DNA of 63,910 nt, counting the filler, from Phoronis australis (lineage: Eukaryota > Animalia > Phoronida), in assembly GCA_002633005.1 (NCBI GenBank). It is 6 parts of 6 records of this genome, joined end to end, with 100 filler letters (N's around TTAATTAATTAA, not from the genome) between each part and the next. Parts side by side here need not be neighbours in the genome. Positions count along the whole stretch, not along the records: positions 1 to 20,770 come from NMRA01001422.1; 5 more parts are not named here. The stretch is one strand, 5' to 3'. The notes under the pieces are model-generated. The model was not told where the DNA came from and searched no databases. It worked only from the letters and a program-made list of their open reading frames with translations. A program made the translations under genes and the position numbers. This document shows positions 1-11,735 of the stretch, piece by piece (position 1 is the stretch's first letter; every line of letters begins with the position of its first letter).

Positions 1-362
1 ATGAAAAAGACTAAGAAACTCGAGAAGTCGATGCTTTATTGTTGCAAAAACCTATGCGGACAACTTCTGAATATCAGCTGTTGTATGTCTGAATGAAGTC
101 TATTAAAGACAGAGTTGAATCATTCGTACCAAGACGCACCACTAACAGGAAGCATTTCGTTAGTAAGTTACAAACTAATAGAATTTGCGTTTGTTCACCA
201 CTGAAGGGGATATAACATGAAACTTGCAGTTGTTCAAGTTTGTCCGATGCTCCTCCAGACATTCAAAAATTAAAATTTCACGATAAATTCGTTATCTTTG
301 AAAAAAATGATATCACGCCGAACTCAGTGGACATCCACCATTTTTGAAAAAATCCTTTACCA

Positions 363-605
363 GGGGTCCATTCCAAGAAACTCACTTAAGTTCATTTCTT
401 ACTTAAGTCTAAGAATTGTCTCAACCAACAAACAAGTTTGAAACTTCCACATCCGATAGGTTTACCAAAAGTAACTGACAAAACTTCAGTCAATAACTTA
501 AAACCACTTTCTTGGAACGGACTTAATGCAAATTTAAATTTTATTTTAAAATTGACTTAAATTCAAGATTTGTCTTAGCTAATCAATTTTCTTGGAACGG
601 GCCCT
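363..605. mobile_element. PIF/Harbinger-like MITE
   Basis: Terminal inverted repeats GGGGTCCATTCCAAGAAA ... TTTCTTGGAACGGGCCC, AT-rich non-coding interior with repeated ACTTAA motifs. Confidence 0.55.
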
Positions 606-940
606 AGTGCTCCACTTGTAACACATAGCGCTACCTAGCGAAGGCTTATGCAACCTCTTCGGATTCTTGCATGGTAGTTCACTTCTAAAACTGGTGTTCT
701 GTAGACAGCAATAGTCATTCGACCAACAGCGCTGAGAGTTAACGCCGGCACGAGATAAGTAGCCGGCGACTATGTTTTTGATGGAGGGGATACGCGGAAA
801 AAGGATACCCACCCATTAACACAGTAGATTAGTAAAAAGGTCCATATATAGGGAGCTTACGTGAAAGTCACCAGCGGTAGTTATCATCCAGAAACCCCAA
901 ATCCTTTGTAGAGTTTTACGCCACACAAACAGTATACATG

Positions 941-1177
941 TAAGCAAGTAACTGCAGACCGTCTGATACACGTTGTACCAGACGTGCGCAGGCCGTGCAT
1001 GTAGGCCCATTCCACTGATCACCTGGACCCATTTTGTGCTTTATTAATATATACGTAAAGCCGCGCTGCGAGGAGCTAGAGACCTGACTCAAGGGTTTAG
1101 CAGAGTGGCCCATTGGGACTCGAACCCACGACCTCGAGTAAAGAAAGCGTGTACCTATCGCACTGGGCCAGACTGCC
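941..1177 (-). mobile_element. tRNA-derived SINE
   Basis: Minus strand starts GGCAGTCTGGCCCAGTGCGATAGG (A box), has GGTTCGAGTCCC (B box, 1115-1126), and ends in a LINE-like 3' segment plus a TTACTTGCTTAC tail. Related copy near 37250. Confidence 0.8.
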
Positions 1178-3928
1178 TCGATCCTCCCACACACCTAACC
1201 TTTTAGTAGAACTCCTCTTGAAAAGCTATCTTATTTTAGATTATCTAGGACGGTATTGACAAGTATGTTTATTTAGCCAAATATCTACACAACTATAGAA
1301 TTTAACTCAACAAAAGAATATAATTTCTGAAAGTAGAAATTCCGTAGAATTTGACTGTTGACCTTATACCACTCTGCCATTAATAAGATCACGTGATCGT
1401 GCTTTAAAAAAAAATTAGCAATAAAAGAAAGGTATATTCATGGCCAAAGAACAGGAGCCCCCAACTCCCAGTGCACTACGTATATAGGAGTACCCTCCGA
1501 GGGTTAACGTCATACGCTGAAGTGATGAATAATCGTCAAACATTGGTCTCCGCTAATCTTGACCAAAAGTCGAAAAGTACGAGATTGCTGTTAAACAATT
1601 TATTCCCTGGACATATCAAAAGCAAGACTCCAAGCAAACGTCACAACAAGTACATGTACATCATTATATGAAAATAATTCAACTGCACAATCAGTGTTTA
1701 GAAAGCCGGATATTCTTCATTGAACATAAAATAAATATAACAAAAAACAAAAGCAGCAGCTCATGGATTGTACAGACAAAAACAAAATGCATTTTAAACT
1801 TGCTCAGTGATGACAGACAGGAGTCAATTAATTTGCAAACTACATCTAGAACATTCCCCAGGAAAAATAGTACAAAAATGTAGTTAAATACCCAAGACCA
1901 ATGGAGTAGCATGCCAATGCATGCATTTAGAACAGGTTTAGTATGAGTGTGTTGTACCTAGGTAGACAGTGTACAGTGAAGCATGGTTCTTTTAATGTTA
2001 CATCTTCAGTAGCTAACATCTTCCTCTGTCAGTGATATTGAATTTTACAACCAGGTGACGTGCAAAACAATGAGTTGTTTCCTAGACTGAGTCAGACACC
2101 AGGCATTCACACCGTTAGACGACTGTTTGACTCACGAAGACTCTCTAATATTTCTCTTATAAATTATAAGAGCAAAACAGTGCATTATAATAATGCACTG
2201 TTTTGCTGTCAAGGAGCACTACATTTGTGGAAGACTAACAAGAAGTAAGCCTAACTAAGACTGTGTCTTGAGATAAAGTTACAGTCGTTGTGCAGTTACA
2301 CCCCTTATGAAAAGTCACAGTTTGGCATATTTTAAAAAACTGAAACTTTTTCTTTAGAAAATCCACTTCTATCATGTGAGTACAACTGGGTTCGCTTAAG
2401 CGGATTCAGTTGCTCTTTTGGCCACGAAACAACTTAAGGTTATTTTATAGTTGTGGAGCATAATGACCATTGCACGACTACAACAAACATGAACTGGCAT
2501 AAAAACAATTCAGATATTTGGTAGGTATCAGTCATAAAACCATGCAGAGATACAAGAGAAGGTAGTGCATAATAATTTGTCTGGCAGAGCGTCTCCATTT
2601 GAACATCAGAGCAAGCTAAATCATTCGACTTAGATAACTCCTATCTCACTATTAAGTTTAAATAATGTGCTCCGATTACCATGGCATTTTGCCTTTACTT
2701 TCTAAGCAAAGTCAGCATAGGCATTGGCAAAGCAACCATGCTTTAGTTAAAAGACCATTTGGTTTATCACGATGAACTTAAAACAAACGTTTCAGCAGAG
2801 AGCGTATTTCAAACAACACCTGTCTGCAAAATCTAACTTTCACCAGTTGCGTTTGGAAAACTGAATATACTAAACTACACAGCAACTGTTGTACAGTGTA
2901 CTTTTAAAAAACTGCATTTGATGGTTGTTCGAAGCAGTTCAAGACACCGTTCTCACTTACACAATGTCTATATTTCCCACGAGTTTCTAGAATAAAATGC
3001 CTATTTTGTCAAGAATTATTTTTCTCACAAAAATAAATAAACAGTATGTTACCCAGAACTTACACATGCATAAGGCAAGGACGGGTAGTATAGGCTACCC
3101 CTGCCATATCAAAAATACCAAAATAACTAAAAAACTGTAGATTTTAAGACTCAGTAAAAGTACATATTTTCTGAAAGTGGAAAGCCTGTTGGTTTTTTAA
3201 CTTTTTACTAATCTGTTAATAAATATTTTTTGTAAACTTTAGGAAATAAGACAGGTATATCCAGAACAACCTATCAACAACGTCTTGACCAAATTTCAGT
3301 TGTTCAAAGAGGAAATCTCAAAAATGCTTTCTAAAACATCGTTTTATTTCCTTTTTAAGACTCGTAAAAACCACCAACTTGTATTTTTCCAAAGCCCGTC
3401 CTGAAAACAGTTCCTAACAGCATTTTGACGACCAGTGTACAAAGTGTAGTATTACTCTGAGACATGACTTCAGAAGTCTAATTTGGCCCTTTTAGGGTTC
3501 CTACATAAACTTAACTAGTCGCCATCAGAACGATGATGAAAACAGCTGTGACTTATCCGAGTGACAAACTTATGCATGTGACCACGTAGCAAAGCCTGAA
3601 CTACAGATGAGGACTTACACAGAATTACATGTAACAATGGATGTATGTTAATGAGTATTGCCAAGGATAGTGCGGGAATGTGAGAACTCACAATATGACT
3701 TGGAAATGAGGGGCTTACCTTTCTTATGAATTTTTTGCATGAGTGTTTATACATTCTGTCCTTTCTTATGTTTTCCATGAAGACCCGGAACATGAATAAT
3801 GAAATAGAGACAGCACACGAGATCAATAAGATGCAGCCAATCAGCATGCCCGTCGCTGAAAGTAAAGCTCCTAATAACTTTAGCACGCATTACGAGCACC
3901 ACCAATCACAACAGGTCTTCACGAACTA

Positions 3929-4108
3929 TTACAGCTTCCATGTTCCCCTCTGACCAGCCACCAGCCGAAGATTCTGCCCACCTTGCCTGCCCCATTGTTT
4001 CCTCTGGCTCACTGGTTGCCATTTCAGATGTTTTTTGTCTCCCGATGTCACCTTGGGCCCAATGTGGAAACAACCAATCTTGAGTTCTTCTGTCACAACC
4101 AAGAAGGC
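3929..4108 (-). CDS. DUF4773-type secreted protein, exon 5 (last)
   Basis: Acceptor tttaag|GCC, phase 0; AFLVVTEELKIGCFHIGPK...WKL*; the IGCF motif ends the domain. Confidence 0.75.
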   Translation of the reverse strand, partial: AFLVVTEELKIGCFHIGPKVTSGDKKHLKWQPVSQRKQWGRQGGQNLRLVAGQRGTWKL

Positions 4109-4968
4109 CTTAAACATGCATTGGATAAAAACGTAAGAAACCAAAACATCCTGCTATTGAATATCTATAGTTATCTACAGTACAGGTCAAAAATACAATG
4201 TAACTGGATAATTTCAAATAATTACGAGTCATTCCAGAAACTCCAACAGTGATGCCAAGTCTGGGTCAACGGTCTCCACTGAAGTAATTGACCTATCGCC
4301 AGGATTTTGAGGGATAGCTTAACTAGCCAATCAGAACGCAACATTCTTGGCACACCATCATTTCCAAGCCACCATTTTACCCGACAAACAACATGTTGCT
4401 GGGTAAAACTTATTGTATGCTTGTCGACATTTCGCAAGGGGTGGAGCTTGCAATAGGTCAATTGAATGGCTAGGCTGTTACGTTGATTTATGGATGAAAG
4501 CCCATAATATTCATAATGCAAGAAAATAATTCTTACCACTACTTACAGAGCCTCGCTGCCTCTATTTTGGGGATGAATATTTAAAAATCACACAAAATTC
4601 CCATCACCAGGCTCAAAAATTCCACACAAATAATAAAAAATAAAGGTTATTCACTTCTGCAAAACATTAGTTGTGGCAACTTAAGCTACTGCAGATGAGG
4701 GGTGGCAGCTGGGGAGTGGATTTGGTCATGACGGAAATTTTTCCCTCAAGCAAAAAGTTGCCCTCTCAAAAAGCACAGGCACCTTTCTCCTTAGGTAAGC
4801 AAGGGCGCTGACTTAGCTATAAAAACATGTTCAAGATATTAGAAAAAAGCAGGGCATTGAGAAGTTTTTCATATATGAAGGGTATGAATTATTTTTTCAC
4901 AAGTAATAAATACGGAATGAGTTCTATAATTAGGCTACTGCACTTTAATATACATTATAAACACTTAC

Positions 4969-5096
4969 TCTGAGCTGAACTTTGACACATCCAGCCAAGG
5001 ATGTACTTGTGAAGTTTATGTTGTAAAAGTCAATGCAAAGACTCAAGAAGGGCTTCAAATACGGAACGTTAAAGCATATAGGTGGAGGATTGTGAA
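4969..5096 (-). CDS. DUF4773-type secreted protein, exon 4
   Basis: tttcag|TTCAC...AGA|gtaagt; 128 nt, phase 1 to 0; VHNPPPICFNVPYLKPFLSLCIDFYNINFTSTSLAGCVKVQLR (NPPPIC hallmark). Confidence 0.88.
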
Positions 5097-5479
5097 CTGA
5101 AACATAGAAAACGGCTCAAATTTACACGCTAGGCAGATTGGCAATATCTGTTGCTATCAAATTTAAACATTTACCATTCACAAGTGTGTTAAAGTATCTC
5201 AAAATTAAGAGAAACTAAAATGACATTTATCGAAGCTTTGTTTTTGTTTGTGAATATTATACCATACCTAGAGAACCTGGTTTTCTGTTTTAAAAACAGA
5301 GAAATCCATTTTAGAAACTATCTGGGAATTGCGTTAAACTTTCCCTGAATTAAACCCAACTACAATTTCTTAAAATTGGTTCATGAGCTCTTTTCCTCAA
5401 TAATTGTAGAGTTTCTAAACTTAAAACACTCTACACCCATTTCCAAAGTCGACAGAACAACAAAAAACACATCTTATAC

Positions 5480-5575
5480 CTGATACAGTCTTGTTTATGA
5501 TGGTGGTGTTATCAAAGGTGAAGGTCACCTGTATGCCATACTCAGGAGCAGGCAGATAAGTCACATTAACACAAC
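5480..5575 (-). CDS. DUF4773-type secreted protein, exon 3
   Basis: ttttacag|GTTGT...TCAG|gtataa; 96 nt, phase 1 to 1; GCVNVTYLPAPEYGIQVTFTFDNTTIINKTVS. Confidence 0.88.
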
Positions 5576-8022
5576 CTGTAAAATAAATTATATAATTTAT
5601 TATTATTATTTTTCACAAAGTACAACAAATCACAAATCAAAGTTCAAAAAAATGAAACTAAAATTAATATGTGAGCAAAGATTCTAATAATCTAGAAAAT
5701 TCAGTCTACAAAAAGCCATGTTAGAGCTATTCTGAAGCCCTATAATGAAATACAATGACAGAAGTTGAGATGATCCCTGTCTACACACCCCCAATTTCTT
5801 GCGTACAATTTTGTATTTGACTGTTGTATACAAGTTTGTATTTCGCATACATTTAACTGGAGTGTGTGACAGTAGTTTCTGAGCTAAAAGGTCGCATGCC
5901 AAGTTGTACAGGACAAATGGAGTGAGCAGACAAAGACTTAGGAGTGAGGAGGTCCAGCCTTTACTCTTATCTGGATCATACCACGTTCACACCAGCTGGT
6001 CCTCGGTGTTACACAGACAAAATGTTCACACAATACAGAATTGTAAGGACACAGGAAGTGAGGATACCTAACACCTTTTAAATGAAGCTAAAATAAGTTT
6101 TAAATTTATTAAGCATGCATTTTACAGTACTCGTTTGGAAACGCACGTGACATTTGACTTTTATTCTTTAAATATAAGAACAAATTAAGAGATATAAGGA
6201 AGTGATTTTAACATCAGCATGTACCTCCACGGAAGTGCTTTTGAAAAATATGAGTGAAAGCCAGCAATCCCCCTCAAACACACAGATTTTTTACCAAAAA
6301 ATGCGTAGACCAAGGTTTTTACAATGCTATCAACCAAGTGTGAGCATAGCAACATTGTATATACTTTGTATATACATTGTATATTTCTTCATGCTTTGAA
6401 AAAAGAGCCACCACTGTGAGTCTCTATAGGCTTCACAAAAGGTACCCGCTCATCCAAAACCTTTACGGCTAACAGATGGCGCTTTTCATCAATCACGTGT
6501 CATTTTATCGCTCAAGTAAGACTGTCTGCCAGAGAATCTTAACCAAGAACCTTGACCTACATTCTGTTGCTGATGACTGTAACCAAAGTCACGAGAGTTC
6601 ATGAACCAGACAGTGTATGTCCTGATGAGTGGCGAATTTGTGTGGAAACGAAATCTTTGTGTCCGACATTCCATGTTTAAAACCCCATTTGTAACAACTA
6701 TTTATAACATATAATTAAGATGAAAGTGTTAATAATATTTTTACGCTGTTGTGACTGCTCGGCCCAAACGCTGGGGTAAAATATATATTCAATGAACGTG
6801 ACCATGGTGAGGCTACTATACCGGGCCCGGCCACTTTTCCGCCCGGCGAGATTTTGGCAACTTCACAACCATAATTTTAATTAAGTTGAAATATAACCAC
6901 TATATTTTTTAAATTATGCTTGAATTAAACATGGTGATATACATGTTAGGTTTCATTCTCTGCGATATTTTCTTTTTCGTTCAGTGTCTCGTTAGCCAAC
7001 AACACTGAGCCCAGCAGACCGGACTGGCCATGGCACGACACGGCAGCTGATGGTTCACCAAGTAGAAACGTCTGTATTTTATGTTCTATCAAAACAAGAT
7101 TCAGTTCACACAAGAATGTCACATGACTGTAAGCAGCGCTGCCTGTTAGTAAAGCATCATTGCATCCAGCGCCATCTGTTTGCCGTAAAGGTTTTGGATG
7201 AGCGGGTACCTTTTGCATAGGCTTCCTAGTAATCATTACAATGTGTGTGTCCAAACTTGAAAGCTTCCTATTGACAGTGGGTGGTCAAATGATAGATTGG
7301 GCGTGCTTGCCAGGGCGTCCATATTAGAGCTAGGACGTAGGCTGCATAAAGGCCTGTCTCCCTATAACATGCTAAGACTGAAATACTAATATTTGGAAAC
7401 TTCATTAATCCTGTGACTGTAGATGCACAGGAAATGGAAGATCTAGCTTGAACTTAATGTATGTAGTATTTTGTTGAAACCCTGGTTGAAACAACCAGAA
7501 CAACAAAATATGTGAAAATACAAGACAAAGCTTCCTGAATGTTCAAAAAGGCATATTCTTACGACGTCTTGTAGTAAAAAAATTTGGCTGCAAGGCATCT
7601 TGGTAATTTTGAGATAGCTAGGTTTCCCACAGGTTTTAATTCTGAATGAATTCTAATTCACCGAGAGTCACAGCATAGTTTTCTCCACAACCTGATTCGA
7701 CTCGTCACTGTAACCAATAAGTTTGACTCACCTAGTCAAGTTTGTTAAACAATGCAAAGGATATGAAGTCATAAGAGATTAGTCAATTCTTTTGAAATGT
7801 AGGACGATTTGGAACTTGGCCTCCAGTTCAGTGTACTTAATCCGCAGCCCATTATACAAACTTCTCGAAGTACGGATGTGTACTCTTCTTTTGAAATATA
7901 AGATTTCTGTTGTGGAAAACACTGTTTATGGAAAAACGACAACAACAACAACATGACTATGAAATGAGCAGACCACAAATATGCACTAACAGACACACAG
8001 CTCATTGTTCTTATTTACTAAC

Positions 8023-8295
8023 CAGTGTGGTCGTACTCGAACACTTCGAAGTCCAACTTGGCACAACATCCGCATGTATTGTTACGGCATGCACAGCCCG
8101 CGCTTGGGTTTACTTCACCAGTTGAAAACAGGCTCTCAGCATCTCTGATGACATGCTTTGACACTTTGATATGGCTATCAGCAAACATGGGGTCAAAAAA
8201 TTCATGTCGGCTTCCCGCACCAGAGTTGTAAATTAGATGATCATTCCGCAACTTATGTAAGAGATGTCCCAGATAGTCCTTTGGGGAACTTCTCC
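8023..8295 (-). CDS. DUF4773-type secreted protein, exon 2
   Basis: ttttgtgcag|GGAGA...ACTG|gttagt; 273 nt, phase 1 to 1; ends GCACRNNTCGCCAKLDFEVFEYDHT (CxCxxxxCGCC start of the domain). Confidence 0.85.
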
Positions 8296-8398
8296 CTGCA
8301 CAAAAGATGTTCAGTCATACAGTCAGCAACCTGGCTAAACCATGGGAGCATATCGTGATCTTTTTCTATGTATCTATGACACGCAGGTATAGTGTTAT

Positions 8399-8616
8399 GT
8401 GGCCAGCCATTCACACAAAAAAAACAAATTGTATGTTCAATTCCATTTCATGATTCAATGCCAATTGTATGACAATTCAATCCTACTTTGTTAATTGAAT
8501 TGATGTAATAGTATTGAATGCTTTAGATAGGATTGAATTGTCATACAACTGGCCCAAAGTTTATTAAATGGAACTGAATATACAATTTGAGTGTTCTTTT
8601 GACAAATGGCCGTCCA
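8399..8616. mobile_element. Small foldback MITE in intron 1
   Basis: Nested inverted arms CAAATTGTATGTTCAATTCCATTT / AAATGGAACTGAATATACAATTTG and CCAATTGTATGACAATTCAATCCTA / TAGGATTGAATTGTCATACAACTGG. Confidence 0.6.
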
Positions 8617-9017
8617 TAGTGTAACTATGTAAGCAAATCAATGGACATTCAACACCTTGTTTTCCATCATGGCTGAAACAGAATGGATGTCACACAAGGT
8701 TCTCAATCTTATTATGGGCATTTTAACATTGCTCGCGCCAGCGAGCAATGTTAAAATGGTCAGTTGCTGATTTGGGCAACTGAACGAAGAACTGATTGAA
8801 AAAGGTTGATTATAGGAGAAGAGTTAAAAACATCAACGGCCTGAAGTCCTAAGGTATCCCTCTATACGCTAAAGGTAAATATTAATGTGACTTTGATAGC
8901 TTAACCACTACAAGACATAATCCGTTGAAAAAGCTGCTGGGATATGGATGGCCTATGGGATGCCCACGATCCCTGCTGGGGCCAGTTGAGATGGTGGGGT
9001 GATGAGTGACATCAACA

Positions 9018-9633
9018 ATTTTGCAGCATTTCGAATAGACAGTGATGGTGGAACTTCATACGCTGGAAGCCTTTCGGCGAATTATGCCTCGCAATGACTA
9101 AAAAATGTCATGTTGTTATCAACCCCTTTTGCGCAAAGAGGGACACCTTAGGAGGCCGACGATGTATTTAATTCCTCCCAACTCAAACAAATACACCCGT
9201 TATCAAACATTTTCTTCGAGCAGTCACTCATTCAGTTCCCAAAATCGGTAACTCGCTATTTTCACACTGTACACGCCAGAGGATATGACATCATACCACT
9301 TGCCACACGCAGTGTCAAAAATGGCAAGTTACCGATTTTGGGAACTGAATGAGGGATTGCCTGAACTAGTTACGTTTGATAACGGGAGTATATGTTAGAG
9401 TTGGAAGGATTTAAATACATCGATTGCCTCCTAAGGTGTCCCTCTATGCGTAATTGTATTTATAACAACGTCCCTTTGATGTTTTAGTCAGTGTGAGGCA
9501 TAATGCACCGAAAAGCTTCCGGCGCATGAAGCGCCAATAGCAATACTCCGATATGGCATAGGAGCTCCACTGTCTGGCGGTGTCAGTAGACAGTGTCTGT
9601 GATAACTGTCTACATTTCGAAATGCTGCAAAAT
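9018..9633. repeat. ~615-bp palindromic foldback element
   Basis: Arms pair from ATTTTGCAGCATTTCGAA / TTCGAAATGCTGCAAAAT inward (GGGACACCTTAGGAGGC / GCCTCCTAAGGTGTCCC; CTCATTCAGTTCCCAAAATCGGTAACT / AGTTACCGATTTTGGGAACTGAATGAG) to a centre near 9290. Confidence 0.85.
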
Positions 9634-9706
9634 GAAATACCCTTTCGTCATTTAAAATAAATCACGTACAAGCTTTGTGAATTTTTTACCACGGCAAAAC
9701 ATTTAC

Positions 9707-9764
9707 CTTGTTTAGTATCTACGAAACACAAGAGAAAACATAGGACAAGGAAGTTTGAATTCAT
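9707..9764 (-). CDS. DUF4773-type secreted protein, exon 1 (signal peptide)
   Basis: ATG at 9764; MNSNFLVLCFLLCFVDTKQ-G|gtaaat; 58 nt, phase 1 matches exon 2. The five exons total 735 nt (244 aa plus stop). Confidence 0.78.
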
Positions 9765-9833
9765 CGCGGAAGTTAATCAGAATTTCCTTAGTTATGAAAT
9801 TCTACCTCCAAAACACGAGAACAGTTCTGGTGA

Positions 9834-10423
9834 CTCGCTGGTTCCCTGCGTGCCGCTAGGTGGGGCGGTAGCCGCGCCAGCACGCAGGTATCACTTAAAT
9901 TTCCTCTGTAAATTTTTTTACACCGGCGTTTCTGATTGGCTAGTCGATTCGTCAACAGGCAGCGCTTTGCGCAAACAAACTGGCATGGCTGATGGACTGA
10001 AGTGTAAATGTGGTCTGTTGTACAGACAAATCGGTGCTTAAAATTTATGTTCAGGAAATGTGAAGCCTAGAAATTGTGACTGAGCCTTTTCGGAATGCAT
10101 CTTTCTACTGTCGATGACTTTTGTTTACGATAATGTCCTTATACACTATGAATAACACACCGGTTAAATCGGCCACATAATGTGTGTTTATTGTGCATGT
10201 ATGTGTTTCAAGCACGCGGCTATTAAACATCTTTGCAGAAACGAAATAGTTGCTGCGACGCCACTTGCATGACAAGGCTAAAAATCGTTCACAGTCCGCC
10301 ATTTTTTCAAGGTGTTGTAAAGCTAACCAATGACTGCCAAGATTACATCGAGCAATGCTAAAGCGCGTGCCACTAGGTGATACCTGCGTGCTGGCTGGGC
10401 TAAGCACGCAGGGAACCAGCGAG
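9834..10423. mobile_element. Non-autonomous TIR transposon with 9-bp target-site duplication
   Basis: TIR CTCGCTGGTTCCCTGCGTG ... CACGCAGGGAACCAGCGAG; flanking direct repeat TTCTGGTGA at 9825-9833 and 10424-10432; relatives at 30245 and 36346. Confidence 0.88.
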
Positions 10424-11735
10424 TTCTGGTGATAGTTTGCTTTGGGAGTGCCGTCTATTGGTGGAGTCGTGAATTAAGTCGAGTCGTCAGTCAAGAAGTT
10501 AGAGTGGTCAATTATATATTTTAAGTTTTTACATTTAATTTGAGACCCCTATTTCAGCTTATTTTGGTATATTCACGGTGCGAATTTGGCTATAAAAATG
10601 GGCCCCAAACGCTTCAACTTCGGATTATACCGGGTCTCTATTCTGCAAGGAATTCGGGGCATTTTGAGTCCTTGCTTACACATTCTTTGGGATATTTGAC
10701 AAAGCAGAGATGACGACGGAAGCTAATGATGAGTTGTAAGTTTGTAGATTTGTATTTCATATTTAGAGCATAATAAACTCAGTATATTTGTCTACTTCTC
10801 CCTTGTCAATTTCAGTCTCTGTAAGTTGTCAGCATGGTCACGCGGGCGAACGTCAGGAGTGAAAAAGTACACAAAGAGGTTTCAATTAATTTTATCGGCT
10901 ACTAACAGTCGAGGTTTGGATGCTAAGTAGACCCAGGCGTTGGCCGCTCCACGCACAACATGCTGTATGCTACTCCTGCCACAATTTCAATAGATGTCGC
11001 TTACGTCGAACACAGCTAGACAAGGCCCTTCATCTATTAAGAGTTTAACCGGGGAATCGTAAGACACTGCCACAACTTCGTAAGCAAACACTAGCGTGAA
11101 CTATCGTACTGATATCTAGTCACAGTTATCTCCCCAAATAATTTACTCATGCAGAGTATTTTCAGACGGAAAAGCAAAATTGAAATTTTTGCTTGTAATT
11201 TGGAGCATCTCATCACAGAGCGATGTCAATTATGAGTTTTGATAACTGGATTTAAATTTCGGCTGCTTCTCTTATCCGTAAATTTATCCGATTCTCGAGG
11301 AATTATCCAGCGCCTTGCTGTGTTTCCCAGGCAACCATCACAGTGATTAGGCCTACTCATTCGCCAGCAGCGACCTGTTGTTAAACGGATACTCTTCTCG
11401 CCCGAAGATCCGTTTCGTCTGTCCAAATAAAGTATAAACATTTCGTACTGAGCTATCAGTCTAATTAGTGTTTGTCTTATTTTGTTATTGATTTTTGGAT
11501 CGAATTTGACAAAATGTGCGGGGGTCTCCGTGGAAACGTCATTTATGGTGGCAGAAAAGACTGCACGTGCAAGCAGACGGCAAAATCAGTCAGGGGTAGA
11601 GTTTGGATTTTGCAACTGCACGCCTTGGAGCATTGCCAAAAGTACTCACGATATCAAGAGTTCTACGAAAGGAGGACACCGAACGTCGTTTCAGTGTCAA
11701 ACGATTTTGTTTCACTGTGGTGTGACAGTAAAACG

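Noticed and set aside
1105-1177. tRNA gene (also ~37250-37320)
   Set aside because: A and B boxes are present but there is no convincing acceptor stem, and similarity between the copies extends well past the tRNA-like head, as in a SINE.
3515-3953. 123-aa minus and 75-aa plus ORFs just past the DUF4773 stop
   Set aside because: Located in the presumptive 3' UTR; no motif or splice support.
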